Positions 44,865 to 63,007 of a DNA stretch of 64,000 bases are shown in pieces. Under the pieces are notes generated by a model. It did no database searches. It had not been told where the DNA came from and worked only from the letters and a program-made list of their open reading frames with translations. Numbering within the stretch: the stretch's first letter is position 1; every line of letters starts with the position of its first letter. Source of the DNA: Eledone cirrhosa (Eukaryota); the NCBI GenBank assembly GCA_964016885.1, contig OZ024740.1, forward strand, positions 91,264,001 through 91,328,000. The letters run 5' to 3'. The position numbers and the translations under genes were made by a program.

Positions 44865-47800
44865 ATTAATTCAAAATATCAATAAATATAGACATTCATG
44901 TGATCAAATATATTTTATTCTATATATTTCAGAGGTACTGTGCTGTTTCATCAGTACGTCCTCATCAGATAAAATAAATTGATGTCTGACATACCTCAAC
45001 TGTGCTGACTATTCAATTCCAGTCTTGGCAGTAATTAGTTGTGACAAAACTCAATATTAATATAACATAAGCAGTAACATGACAAACTACATATAGTTGA
45101 GAGGGTACGTAGGATATTGTGTAGACAAAAATAAAATAAATACATATATAGATAAGTAAAATACATAAACACATTAGTACGTAACAGTACAGCTGTTAAA
45201 TATTTAAATAATTAAATGTGTAAATATCCGTATTAGAGGAAAATACAAACGAGAGAGAGCTAAATAGAGGAGAAAAGGTAAATATAGAGAGATGAATATA
45301 AAAACGAAGAAAGGGAGATAGATGGTGTAAAATAATTACATAAGGAGAATAGAGGTATATGAATTCGTGACCGTTTATTTTCAGATATTAAGTTTTTCTC
45401 AAATATTAAGAAACGATCAATTAAATACTGTCAAAATCATACTCTATAATATTTGAAAGAAATTATACTATAATATTATGTCAAAATTAAAACAATATAA
45501 ATTGATATGAGATAATATAACTATTTTCAAAGATAATCTGGAGCAAATTTAAATTAGTAAATACATTCAATATTTAAGTTATAACATTCAAAATTCAAAA
45601 TATTATTAACTTACAATGGTGCTTACAAATATAGTAAATATGATATTATTAAACTTACCTTACTTAGATATAAGCATATGTATAAGCCTTTTATATAAAC
45701 AATAATATTTAAATCGATATTTGTCAATTACATATAGTATTAATTATTAGTTATATTTACACTTGGGAGTATTAATATTACGATTCAACCAAATTTTACT
45801 GTATTCAATACAATAAATCAAGGTAAATACAGATTATTAACTCAATTTAGATAAAACATAACGTATATACGATAAATGTAAACAATATCTTCGTACGACG
45901 TATCCAAACGTTTAAATTAAATTAAACGGTTTAAAAGTCTGAAGATATTACAGATCCCAAATTTGCAAAATACCGGATTAAAAAAGAGGATTCTAAATCG
46001 AAATTAAAGGCATTTAACCAACCAAGAGATTATCGTACTCTTTTAAAGAACAGGTATGCATTTCTTAAGGTGAGGTAGAGACATTATGCACAACATCAAT
46101 AATAGAAATAATATCAATAATAGAGCATTACAAGAATTATTAATAAGAGTCAATAACTTTTCTCACTCAGTCAAATTTTTTTCCTAATGTTATATGATGC
46201 TTGAAATGATGTTGCAGATTTATGGAGGCAATTTGAGAATAATTCACTGTCTTAATTAATTAAATTACCATAATTAGCAATTATTAATAGAGTCTCGGTA
46301 TTGCGAAGATTGCAGTTAGGTGAAATGGAATTATTTCGATAAACTTCAGACTTTCTAAATTTAGTCCAAAAGATTGTGTATTTTATAGTTTTCTCTTTTA
46401 ATGACCATATTAATTGTGATAAAGAAGTAGAACATTTCTTATCCGGATTAGAAAAAGAATATTTATGATTGGAAAATCTCAGTGTTAAGCTGGATGAAGT
46501 TGCACCTATGTAGTTATAGGTAATATTATTAGTTGCTTTAACGGTACATTTATATACTAAGTTCTCATCAAGGCAGTTATTTTGCAAAGAGCATTCAAAT
46601 TTACTTCTACAGTTACAGTTCGATTTCATGTTATTTCTATGATCTAAACTGTTCGCATTATCATTGATAATATTTGTAAGTGTTCCACTGTAAGTGTTTA
46701 TATTAATGTTATTGTTATTCTCTGTAACTATAGTATTATTATTATTATTATAAATATTGTCAATATCGATAATTATCTGTTGGTTACAACTAAGAATTCT
46801 GCTATTTATTTTTGCAATATTTTGAGCCATATTCATAGTTGTTGAGTAAGATAGCTTAACTGTGTGTCTATTGAAGATAGAGTGATGTTTATGTGTTCTA
46901 GGGAAACATTTATCTAATGCTTTAAAAAACAATTGTGCTAAGCGTGTTTTAATAGCTAAAGATGCTGGTGGGGCATACCAAATAATAGATTTAGTTCTAT
47001 TTTTTTTCAACGATTTATTCACGAAATTGGTATTTTTATTTATATTTAAATTATTTTTAATTTTATTTTTACAGTCTGCTTTATTTATATTATTCCTATT
47101 TTTATTTTCTATATATTCAAAATTATTTTTATATCCTGCCTTATGCAACCCTTCATTATAATATCCAACTTTACTATTATCAATGGATTTGTTAGCAGAT
47201 AATCTAGTTAAACGTTGTTGAACACTATTGACTATTGCATTATTAACAAATTTAGGATGATTTGAATAAAAACTAACCTAATTTAGGTTTTCATTGGGTT
47301 TTTATGGAAAGGGTAATATAGGTCTGAGTTTAAATTAAGGGTTACGTCTAGGAAGTTAACTACTTTACTGTTATTTTCTATTTCTAATTTCAGGTCGTAA
47401 TTGTTAAAGAGTTCTATAATTTGTTTCTTTACTCTATTTAGTTCACTATTGTTATGTTTAACTACAGTAAATAATATATCATCTTTATATAAACCACCGG
47501 TAATCTCCGGCAGTTTTCTGTTTATCATATTAAGGATAAACATTCCCAGAAGATCGGTAACCTGCGTAGAATCAGACTATCCCATGGTAATATCAAAATA
47601 CTTCTGCCTATCCGAACGAGTCCAAAAATCATTATTAAAATTAATCAAGGTTCGTCTAGCCGTTAAAATGATATTAATCACTTCACTAGATAGATCAGTG
47701 TGTTTATATGCGTAAGAAATAGTTTCATTCAAAAGGTTAGGAGTTATAGATGAGTAGTAACTTGCTATGTCCATTTGAATAAATTTCTGATTTTTCTCAT

Positions 47801-48280
47801 ATTTAATGTTCTTAAACCAATCTATGACTTCACTAGTGTCCTTCCATAAGTCAAACTTTGACTTCAATGTTAATATTGGCAACATTCTATATATTATGTT
47901 TTTACTAATTATTCCAATGTCCGACTTAGAAAGTGCGATAAGTCTAACCGGCAAGTCCTCTTCAAAATTTCCTTTATGATCTTTAAAATTTATCCGTGGT
48001 TGCCTTGGTATGAAAGGTTCGGTCTTCCTTTCAATTCCGAGTTTAGTGATTATTTCAAACGCATCGTTATTGATATCTACTAGCCTTTCTCTAATTCTTT
48101 CTCTATTCTTTTAAAGTTAAGTCCTTATATTCTGTTTTTTTCTATTCCATATAAGTCGTTGATTTTGTCTGATTACACTTAATATTTTATTTACTTTTTT
48201 TAAATCATATTTTTTTCTCTAAGACTTCTGAGATATTATTGGCCTTCATATGGGTTTTTACTTAAATGGTATCCTCCTTA
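44865..48280 (-). mobile_element. PLE with RT, CxCx5Cx5C linker and GIY-YIG; frameshifted, 5'-truncated at (TA)n
   Basis: QMDIASYYSSI, FDITMG, LYKDDIL, VNFLDVTL; CNCRSKFECSLQNNC, LVYKC..YIGAT. HHR-like motif at 44911-44976 (CTGATGA..GAAA-TATATA-GA, 8-bp stem I). Confidence 0.9.
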
Positions 48281-49650
<1,370 letters not shown>

Positions 49651-52167
49651 TTCGTTTCTGAATTTGTCTAGCAGGATTCTTTATCTGAAATCGTGTGTTG
49701 AAACCGATATTGTTATACTTTGGCAGGGTCATGTTGCCAATAAGAAACACACTCTCCAGCGGCTTTCACTTCAATTTATTATATATTTATAAATTTACAA
49801 ATTTACAAACTTATAAATTTCTGGTTGGTTGGTTGGTTCCACAACCAGATAGTTGTTTATATATAGTCATAGTCCTTTCGTCACACACTCTGTGACCTCT
49901 TCAGTGACTGGGGATTCCTTTCTTCGTTTCTGTGCCTTTCCTTTCTTCTATCCTGCGCCATTTTGTTTCTGTGTGTGTGCTGTGTGCTCAGTTTGCGCAT
50001 GCGCCACATCCGGGTGTCTGTGTGTGTTTGTGTTCATTTATCTATTTGTTTATTTATTTATTTATTTATTGTTGGTTGGTTGTTTGTTCTATGTGTGTGT
50101 GTGTTTTCATTTTGTCCTGTGTGTGTTTTCATGTTGTCCTTAATTGTAAGTTGTTTGTTCTATGTGTGTGTGTGTTTTCATTTTGTCCTTAATTGTAAGT
50201 TGTGATGTTGCTGTTCCACTCATATTTTCTATTTAATTTTGGTTTTAATTCTGTTATGCTTACTGCCTCTGTAATTTGCCTAAACATTGCGTCTTTTCTG
50301 TGTGTGGATTCTATTTTTATTTCTATGCTCTCTAATCTACCCCTGTGTTCTATCTTAGCATGTTGGTAGAGCACAGATGATTCTTTATTATCTTGGAGGT
50401 CTCGCCAGTGTTCATTTATTCGTTCCCCTATACTACGAGCTGTCTCACCTATGTACACTATATTTTTCTTTCTACATTGTCCTTCAGTACATCTTATGCT
50501 ATACACTACATTTCTAGTTTTACAGTTAATATGGGGGCTTATTTTACAGGTTATACATTTCTTATCTATACATGAGGGTCTTTGGAACGGGTATGTCTTG
50601 CTAATAAGTGTTTTTACGGAGGTACCAGGTCTTTCAACTATCTTAATATTGAGATTATGTTTATTTAGGGCCCTTCTAAATTTGTAGGCTAGTTCGCCTC
50701 TAGGGGTTGTATTGATGAACATTACACTCTGGTATTTATTGCTATCATACCATGAGTTTATTCTATTGGCCTTGTTCCTAGTTCTTTCTATTCTATTCCA
50801 AAATTTGCTCCTATACAAGGGGCAGGTCCCATTTATGTCATTATTTATCATTATTTACTGATTTCGGATTTGGTACGGGTGATGAGAAATGTGTCCCGCA
50901 TGTGCAACCCCGAAGAACTAGAGAGACACATACAACACTTCATCCACAGTATGCAGTTCTCTGGCTACAATCAGAGAGATAGAATCAGAGTGTATAAAGG
51001 AGCCAGAACCAAATGTGAAAAAATGGTAAATAATGACATAAATGGGACCTGCCCCTTGCATAGGAGAACATTTTGGAATAGAATAGAAAGAACTAGGAAC
51101 AAGGCCAATAGAATAAACTCATGGTATGATAGCAATAAATACCAGAGTGTAATGTTCATCAATACAACCCCTAGAGGCGAACTAGCCTAAACATTTAGAA
51201 GGGCCCTAAATAAACATAATCTCAATATTAAGATAGTTGAAAGACCTGGTACCTCCGTAAAAACACTTATTAGCAAGACAAACCCGTTCCAAAGACCCTC
51301 ATGTATAGATAAGAAATGTATAACCTGTAAAATAAGCCCCCATATTAACTGTAAAACTAGAAATGTAATGTATAACATAAGATGTACTGAAGTACAATGT
51401 AGAAACAAAAATATAGTGTACATAGGTGAGACAGCTCGTAGTATAGGGGAACGAATAAATGAACACTGGCGAGACCTCCAAGATAATACAGAATCATCTG
51501 TGCTCTACCAACATGCTAAGATAGAACACAAGTGTAGATTAGAGAGCATAGAAATAAAAATAGAATCCACACAAAGAAAAGACACAATATTTAGGCAAAT
51601 TACAGAGGCAGTAAGCATAAAAAAATTAAAACCAAAATTAAATAGAAAATATGAGTGGAACAGCAACATCACAACTTACAATTAAGGACAAAATGAAAAC
51701 ACACACACACATAGAACAAACAACTTACAATTAAGGACAAAATGAAAACACACACAGGACAAAATGAAAACACACACACACATAGAACAAACAACCAACC
51801 AACAATAAATAAATAAATAAATAAACAAATAGATAAATGAACACAAACACACACAGACACCCGGATGTGGCGCATGCGCAAACTGAGCACACAACACACA
51901 CACAAAAACAAAATGGCGTAGGATAGAAGAAAGGAAAGGCACAGAAACGAAGAAAGGAATCCCCAGTCACTGAAGAGGTCACAGAGTGTGTGACGAAAGG
52001 ACTATGACTATATATAAACAACTATCTGGTTGTGGAACCAACCAACCAACCAGAAATTTATAAGTTTGTAAATTTGTAAATTTATAAATTTATAAATATA
52101 TAATAAATTGAAGTGAAAGCAACTGGTGCGTGTGTTCCTTATTGGCAACATGACCCTCCCAAAGTAT

Positions 52168-52175
<8 letters not shown>
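49651..52175. mobile_element. Inverted pair of PLE 3' halves (GIY-YIG endonuclease)
   Basis: ORF 50189-50851 (-): NCKTRNVVYSIRC..C..YIGETARS..RINEH..LYQH...H. The + copy at 50852-52175 is highly similar but has a stop. (TA)n flanks. Confidence 0.9.
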
Positions 52176-52209
<34 letters not shown>

Positions 52210-52340
52210 GCAACAGTTTTATTTAAAATTGTTGGGTTACAACGAGTAAATATTTTATAACTGATATAAAAGCACTCAACAGTTTCTGGAGTAGGTTTAC
52301 GATATTAAAGAAATGTAAACTATATTTATAAAACCATATT

Positions 52341-52406
52341 TATTTCGTTATATATATTTCTGGGATATCATATTAAAAATATGGTATGCCTTCCTCAGAC
52401 AAAATA
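52341..52406 (-). ncRNA. Intact type I HHR in a PLE 3' fragment (~52210-52980)
   Basis: tattttgt-CTGAGGA-long stem II-GAAA-TATATA-TA-acgaaata. Confidence 0.75.
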
Positions 52407-52983
52407 CAATACATAAGCTGTTTTATAAATAATTTTGACATACCTTATAATAATGCAACTTCCATTTAAAAAGTTGATTTGGTAGTGAAACTGTTATGAC
52501 AGTTATATAGAAAGAAAAACGAAGATGAATAGAAGAAGATGAAGAGATGTATGTAAATAAAAAAGAAGAAGATGAAGAGATGTATGTAAAGAAAAACAAC
52601 AGAGCGAGATAGAGAGAGAAGGAGATCTGGGAGAGAGATTGAGGAAGTGAAAAAATATAGTAGGCAGCTTTTGGACATATGATCATCACATATACGATGA
52701 TCATCTGTCCAAAAGCTGCTATATTGGGGCCACCGCGAAGAGGCCACTTTCGGTTATTTGTCGAAGATTTCGTCATCAGAGCCTTTCTTCTTATAGCTTG
52801 GTCTAATTGATATTTTATATGGTTAATTATGCTAATTGGAAGAAGAAACGGTATATATTTTATCTAATAATTCTAAAGACATGATTTCTGATATATTGCT
52901 CTGATTATTTAAATTATTAATTCTTCATAGAGCTTAATAGCTTTCAATTATTTAGGTATTCATTTGCCTATTTACACATAAGT

Positions 52984-54862
<1,879 letters not shown>

Positions 54863-54969
54863 AACACGTGAAACAATCACAGGGGATAATTTATAAAGTG
54901 TGTAAGCACACACAGCCAGGTAGATAACCAATTAAAGTGTAACTAGAACTTCAAATGATTAATTTCCCT

Positions 54970-55039
<70 letters not shown>

Positions 55040-55041
<2 letters not shown>

Positions 55042-56415
55042 CTCCACTCACACTATGCTAAACCCATGGCCTCCAAATACCTGATACTCAAAAACTCACA
55101 AATGTGCAGTAGTGCTAAGTTTAATATTCTGATCGCAGATTTGGTACGAGTGATGAAGAATGTGACCCGCATGTGCGACCAAAACAGAAATGGAAAGACA
55201 AATCCAACACTTCATCAACCGCATGCAGTTCTCTGGCTACAAGCAAAGAGACAGAATCAGAGTATACGAAGGAGTCATGAAGAAGTATAAGACACTCATA
55301 GAACTGGACATGAAAGGAATTTGCCTATTATACAGAAGCAAATCAGGGAATAGCTTAGATAGGGCTAGACATAAGATAGGGAAAGCCACCTCATGGTACG
55401 ACAACCAGAGATACCAGAGTGTCATGTTTGTGGACGTTACCCCCGGAAGGAAATTAGCTAACCAGTGTAGAAAGGCCCTGAGAAAGACCCACTTAAAAAT
55501 AAATGTGGTAGAAAAGCCAGGAACCACCATAAAGTCCCTGATCAGTAAAAACCTACCATTTTAAGAAAACCCACTGTACCAATAGGAAATGTATAATATG
55601 TAAGGTGTACCCCCGGATAAACTGTAAAACTAGAAACGTAGTCTATAGCAAAATATGTACAGAGGGCACTTGCAGAAACATGACAACAACATACATAGGT
55701 GAGACAGCTCGTAGCATAGGTAAAAGGATAGACCAACACTGGGGGGAACTAAAAGGAAGAAAAAACAGGTCAGTACTATACGAACATGCTAGACAATAAC
55801 ATGACGGTAACATAGACAACATAGAAATTAGAATAATAGCTAAACATAGAAATGACCCAGCACATAGGCAAATCAGAGAGGCCAGTGAAACAGAAATTAG
55901 AAGATCAAGGCTAAACAGAAAGAATGAATGGAATAACAATAACACGCAAACAAACAACACTGACCTAAGAGAAGTATAAATAAGTAGATAAAATAAAATA
56001 AATAAATAAATAAATAAGTAAATACACAAGCACAATAACAAAAAGCACATAAACACACACTAGTCACCCATCACACAGCAAACAAAACACTATACACACA
56101 CGCAAACGCATGCGCAAAGAAGACAAAATAAAATAAACAAACAAACAAATAAATAAATAAATATATAGACAGAATGAATAAAAATGGCGTAGACATACAA
56201 TACAACAGGAGGAAAATATAACACCACTGACGATGTTGCAGATGTGCAACGAAAGATTTATGGTAAACTATATATATGTGTTTGTGTCTATATTGTATCT
56301 GTATCATTTTTGACCGCCGGTCAGTCAATGGCAACATCGAGGACCGAGTATATTAGATATTAGATTACCGATATAAAAGACACAGAAGCGAGAAGCGAAA
56401 ACCAACCAAACAGTG
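55040..56415 (+). mobile_element. 5'-truncated PLE of the same family as 17594-20820
   Basis: High nucleotide similarity to 17655-18995 in reverse; NCKTRNVVY, YIGETARS. Confidence 0.9.
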
Positions 56416-56419
56416 ATGG

Positions 56420-56925
56420 AAGTGACGGTTAAGTATTCATGCATAGCATGAGGTCGAAACAATTCTTGAAAATATATTCATACTCCCCTTATCGCAATCT
56501 TCATTTTCGGTGGCATGTTAAATCTCTGATGGTGATTCAACCCCAAGCTATTGAAGTATCTGGTATTTACTGTAGATGCCTACGGTTTTATATTTGGAAC
56601 TAAACAATGACGTAATGTTAGGAGAAATATTAATCTCTTAATTCCAATATGTGGTACTTTTATTTCCACTAACCTCCAAAACGTAATCGCCGCTATCCCC
56701 TCCATAATAATTTTCCAGGGAGTTGAGCATTATTGCATTTCGACTTCTGAAACTATTTTCTCTGTTTCATTGCTTCAATGTTCTTCATATTGTTTCCTTG
56801 TAAACGGTTGCAGATACAATTAAAACAGTTGCTGAATGCGAAGTGAGATTCTTCTGTAATTCGGAGCAAATGTTTGCCTACACGATGCAACAATTTCGGA
56901 GATTCTTGAAGCTGTAATGCATATT
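56420..56925 (-). mobile_element. Possible highly decayed RTE-like LINE fragment
   Basis: Only weak protein-like remnants (LQESPKLLHRV); no clean motif. Confidence 0.25.
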
Positions 56926-58069
56926 TTTATTTGGTAGTAATTAACTGTTCTTTTAAAGTCTATATCTTAATACTTAGAAATCCGCACACAATTACACACT
57001 GCATCACGCGAAATTTCTATTTACAAATGATTCACGCCATTGGTGAAAAGATAAATTTTTCACCGGGGTACAATTACACATGGTCAGTGCAGCCTCAGAT
57101 AGGCATATATTTCTCATTAAACGAATATAAAGGATAAACAATATAATATTTAATCATATGTTCTATATATAGGTGTTTTGTATAATTATTTAAAGAAGAT
57201 TTCACGTGAGAATCCGTCCTAGTGTGGTAATTACAGTTGTAGACGAGAGTTAGTTGATTAATTAATCGCATTTGTTTACATAGTTGAGCTACCCCTGTAT
57301 AAGGAGTTGATCAGTTAGACTCTGTTAATTCCTACGTGTCTGTCTCTACTGCAATGTTATTTATTTCAAGCTCATTCGTTTACTTTAAATATATTTATCC
57401 ATGCATATTATTTGTGTTAGCTCAAATCAGGTGTTTTGTTTCATTTCTGAATGTTAGATCTACTTACCAGATAAGGACTTGACAATTCCGTAACGGGATT
57501 CTCATTATCAAGGGAATGACCCAGCTGGGAATGGTACTAAAATGGTGGTTGGTTTCATTTAATCTTTATTCCGCTTTATGTGTCCGTTGTCGTTGTTGTT
57601 GAATTTACAGACATGTTAATAGATATTTGCCACGAATAGCTAGTGTCATTTCTGCAAACTATCATTACGCAAGCAATTTATGTGATCTAAAGGTCTTGAG
57701 TAGTTTCTACTAAAATGACTAATGTGTCATGTAGGGCGGGGTTTTTTCTTTAAGTGTATGGAGATATTTACATCCGTACAAGTCTGGCGTGTTATGGAGT
57801 GATCGTTTGCGCTCATGTTTATTAAATAAAGAGTTATGAAAATATATACATAACTGCGCAAATACACTCAAAATGATACGGACACTTGATTTAAATTAAA
57901 TTCGATTAATATAAACTAAAGTAAAAGTGTATTTACATGTAGGGCTGTTATCGAAGGTGAAAAGACTGTATAGAGCAATGGGCGTCTTGTTTACAAACAC
58001 ATACACGCATGCGCACACACACGCACACGCACACACGTGCGCGCACACACGCACACACATACACACACT

Positions 58070-58164
<95 letters not shown>

Positions 58165-58214
58165 ACATAATTAAATCAAATATTTAAAATTTGGCTTCGT
58201 TTATTAAAGATGTA

Positions 58215-58268
58215 AAGTTATATATATTTCGGTGAAACCCATCCATGGATGTGACCTCTTCAGGCAGT
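58215..58268 (-). ncRNA. HHR core with disrupted stem I
   Basis: CTGAAGA-ggt..acc-GAAA-TATATA-TA. Confidence 0.45.
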
Positions 58269-58556
58269 CCGAATTGGTGTGGTAGAGACATGTACACTTG
58301 TTTTTGAAGTGTTTTACTCCGTCAATACTCCGATATGCCCAGCTCCAGGTTGGGTTGTTATTTCTCTGAGGAACTGGAATCATATGAATTCGAACAAACG
58401 CATTTCGGCGTCAAAGGACACTCTCACCTCCCATTGGTCAGTTGTGAGAACATAACTTAGTCAAACGCCTATAAAAACTTTTCTGAGGCAAGACAATCAG
58501 AAGATCCCGTAATCGGGTGAAAGCCATGATTATTTGCTTAAACTTTAATCTATAAA

Positions 58557-58601
<45 letters not shown>

Positions 58602-58619
58602 TATATATAAAGACCCTCT

Positions 58620-58938
58620 TCGGTGTCACGAACGAACATGGAATTTGAACCAGAATGTTCGAGGCACAAGTCCGGGCAAGTTTGTTTGTGGAAGAACAGC
58701 ACTCGTCCATTCATACTAGCTTCCCCCATCCACAACTTTGATCGTTTCCAAGAGAAAGGCAAACACCGATATAGCTTGGCACCAGTGGCGTCGCAACTCA
58801 TTTCTAGAGCTAAGTGAACAGGAGCAATGTGAAGTAAAGAGTTCTCCTCAAGCACGCAAAGCAAAGTCTGGTCTGAGAATCGAACTCACAACCTCACGAT
58901 TGTGAGTCGGACGCTCTACCCTCTAAGCCATGCGCCTT
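58620..58938 (-). mobile_element. Second tRNA-derived SINE family
   Basis: Head aaggcgcatggcttagagggtagagcgtccgactc..gtgagttcgattctc (A/B boxes). Related + strand head at ~62530-62600. Confidence 0.65.
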
Positions 58939-59026
58939 TACACGCACGCATACACATGATCACAAGCACGCACCCTCGCACAAATGCACACATACATACT
59001 CACACAATAACTTCACGGTACCATCC

Positions 59027-59092
<66 letters not shown>

Positions 59093-59194
59093 GTAGGTCC
59101 CGGGTTGAGTCGGGGATAACCACAGTAAGTAAGGTACTCAATACATGGCAGAGTAATTTTTTTTTATTTTATAGAAGTCCTGTAGAAGCTCCTT

Positions 59195-59231
<37 letters not shown>

Positions 59232-59272
59232 GATATTAACAAATGGAAACTATATTTATAAAACCATATTTA

Positions 59273-59333
59273 TTTTATTATACATATTTCAAGGATACCA
59301 TGTTAAATTATGGTATGCTTTCATCAGACAAAA
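59273..59333 (-). ncRNA. Type I HHR, same family as the 52.3 kb copy
   Basis: ttttgt-CTGATGA-aagcataccat/atggtatcctt-GAAA-TATGTA-TA-ataaaa. Confidence 0.75.
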
Positions 59334-59431
59334 CACAATATATACCAGTTTTATAAATAAACATTGACGTACCCTTTCAAAATGCAACCGTTACTTTTGG
59401 AAGACATACTCAAGGATAGTATATATATATA

Positions 59432-59469
<38 letters not shown>

Positions 59470-59637
59470 TATTTAAATAAATATATATATATATAAATAT
59501 ATATATATATTAAATATTTAAATAAATATTTGCTCTACGGTTCTTATATATTTGATATATATTTATCCTTATCGAGCCATCTTTGGATTTTAGTCTTCAA
59601 ATTTATTATTATTACTATATATGTATATATATATATA

Positions 59638-59717
59638 TAAATATAAGTATGTATACGTACGTACATATATGTATACAGACGTACCATAGTATGTATATAC
59701 CTACGTGCATGCACACT

Positions 59718-59766
<49 letters not shown>

Positions 59767-60061
59767 GCATTGGTTTACCTGAACTATTTTCTAGCTTATT
59801 AGCTGTCATCAGCACCGTATACCTTCCTATCAGTCGATTTAACGTTTGAAAGTATATATTTTCCTTATGCATATTAACGGCTGAGCAGCCTAATTTGCAT
59901 ATCGAGTGATTTAGTCGGCCGGGCGTACCGAAAACGATAAATGGAAACAATAAAATTTCATTTCTCATTCTTAGTACGGCTGATACATAAATATAAGTAT
60001 GTATACGTACGTACATATATGTATACAGACGTATAGTAGTATGTATATACATACGTGCATG

Positions 60062-60114
<53 letters not shown>

Positions 60115-60648
60115 GTACGCATGGGTTTCCCGAACATTTATTATAATGTTCAGTTTGTTTGTAAACAAACAGCCCGAACTAAGCCATACAGTGTTCGGCA
60201 ACCATCGTTGCCCTTTTATTCAACACCGACAAAGGAACGATGAACTATTTTCTAGCTTATTAGCTATCATCATCACCGTATACCTTCTGTCAGTCGATTT
60301 AACGTTTGAAAGTATATACTTTCCTCATGCATATTAACGGCTGAGCAGCCTAATTTGCATATCGAGTGAGTTAGCCGACCGGGCGTGTCGAAAATGATAA
60401 ATGGAAAAATTGAAATTTCATTTCTCACTCTGAGTACGGCTGATAATTAAATATAATTATGTATACTTACGTACATATCTGTATACATACGTACAGTAGT
60501 ATATATATACATACTTGCACACATATGTAAATATGTACGTATGGGTTTACCGAAAATGTATTATATTGTTCAGTTTGTTTATAAACAAACAGCCCGAATT
60601 AAGCCGTACATGCACACGCATATACACACACACACACCCACACATATA

Positions 60649-60745
<97 letters not shown>

Positions 60746-60746
60746 T

Positions 60747-60804
<58 letters not shown>

Positions 60805-61346
60805 TATATATATATTTATATATATATTTATATATATATATTTATATATATATTTATATATATATATTTATATATATATTTAAATATATATATTTATATA
60901 TATATATATATTTATATATATATGTATGTATATATATATATACGTATGGGTTTACCGAACATTTATTATCATGTTCTGTTTGATTGTAAACAAGCAGCCC
61001 GAATTAAGCCGTGCAGTGTCTAGCAACCATCGTTGCCCTTTTGTTCAACACTTACAAAGGACCGATGTAATAGTTTCAACCTTATTAGCTATAGTCAGCA
61101 CGTATACCTACTTGTCAGTCGATTTAACGTTTGAAAGTAAATACTTTGCTTATGTATATTAACGTCTGAGCAGCCTAATTTGGATGTCGAGTTAGTCGGC
61201 CGGGCGAACCGAAAACGATAATTGGAAAAAGTAAAATTTCATTTCTCACTCTTAGTACGGCTGATACTTAAATATAAGTATGTATACGTACATACATATA
61301 TGTATACAGACGTACAGTAGTATGTATTTACATACATACATGCACT

Positions 61347-61386
<40 letters not shown>

Positions 61387-61492
61387 AATAATGATGGCTG
61401 CGCGTTGCAAATGGTGGTGCATATGAAAAAGTAAGTCCTTCATCAGTGACCCTCCAACCGTTCCAGGCATTTCATCATTTCATCGCTTTAAG

Positions 61493-61526
<34 letters not shown>

Positions 61527-61807
61527 ACGTATGGATTTACCGAACATGTATTATAATGTTCGGTTTGTTTGCAAACAAACAGCACGAATTAAGCCGTACA
61601 GTGTTCGGCACGGCAACCATCGTTGCCCTTTTGTTCAATACTGACAAAGGAACGATGAACTAGTTTCTAGGTTATTAGCTGTCATCAGCACCGTATACCT
61701 TTCTGTCAATCGATTGAACGTTTGAAAGTATCTACTTTGCTTATGCATATTAACGGCATATCGAGTGAGTTAGTCGGCCGGGCGTACCGAAAACAATAAA
61801 TGGAAAA
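59638..61807 (-). repeat. Tandem array (~4-5 units, 420-460 bp plus variable microsatellite) with one minimal HHR per unit; candidate non-LTR retrozyme
   Basis: Unit marker agtacggctga at ~59973, 60433 and 61254. HHRs at ~59780-59817, 60238-60278, 61063-61102 and 61653-61693. Confidence 0.85.
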
Positions 61808-61829
61808 CATGGTCTTTAAATGTTATTTC

Positions 61830-62515
61830 TGTTTTATATGGTAAAATGTGGCTCGAAGTGCTAGGTTTTTAGAGAAGTAATTTGTTTGGTTGATGAATGG
61901 CATGTGAATAAGTATAATACATTTCGCGCCAGTTCACGTTACAAATTTCTTATTATATTTGCCTTCAAAAAAATGGGGGCTCATATTGTTTTTTCATATG
62001 AGTGAAGTTTGGTTGTTGATGCAGTCAGGTGAATAAGCTTTCGCGCCAGTGTGTGTTTGAATTTGTTTAACTTAAAAAAAAGTGTCTCACGAAGGCTTTT
62101 TTAAAAATGTAATTTGATTGGTTGTAAATGAAAGTATGACTGTCACGTGAACAAGTAAATTAAATTTATCGCCCGCATTTTGGAATATTTTGGTAGCCAT
62201 TTAGAGAATTTTGTGCCAAACAAAATATAATAGTCAAGAAAAAGGGAAGGAGTGAGTTGTTCTGGTTCTGTGACTATGAATGGCGTGCTGAAATGTAATT
62301 TGATTGGTTATAAATGAAATTCTCCCCATCCCGTTTTTCTTGACCATTATCTTTTGTTTGGCACAATATTCTCAAAACGGCTAAAAAAAAAATTACCAAA
62401 TATGGGTTCGCGAATTTTAATGTACTTGATCACGTGACACTCATAATTTCATTTATAACCAATCAAATTACATTTATAAAAAACCCCTTCGTGAGCCACT
62501 TTTTTTAAAGTAAAA
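61830..62515. mobile_element. MITE-like element with diverged ~180-bp inverted repeats
   Basis: 62070-62247 vs 62330-62512; internal subrepeat taatttgattggtt. Confidence 0.55.
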
Positions 62516-62778
62516 AGAAATTCACTATGTTGGGGTTTTGTGTTCGACTCCTGGACCGGGCAATGCGTTATGTCCTTGAGCAAGATACTTTATTTCACGT
62601 GGCTGCTTCTACCTGGAGTTGCGACCGATAGATAGTACTAGCAACTGGAAAGACCATCGGAAACATTCTTTCCTCGGTCCGAAAAGACGAAAGTCGATCG
62701 ATAATATATATATAACTCTGATTTTGCGTATCGTTTCGCTTTTTCCACCCACCGAAATGCGATTCTCACTGAATTTAT

Positions 62779-62906
<128 letters not shown>

Positions 62907-63007
62907 GAGGTGAGTTTTATTGTAGTACAATAAGATGCACTCTACAGTTTGTAGGACTGGAGTATACATAATATATAAGATCAATAGATGGTTAAAAGAG
63001 TTCCATG

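Noticed and set aside
58860-58938. tRNA gene
   Set aside because: A/B boxes run directly into a SINE body; no complete cloverleaf.
59877-59945. Possible opposite-strand HHR in the tandem unit (CTGAGCA..ccGAAA)
   Set aside because: G8 is absent in all copies and there is no matching stem I or III, so an ambisense viroid-like layout is not supported.
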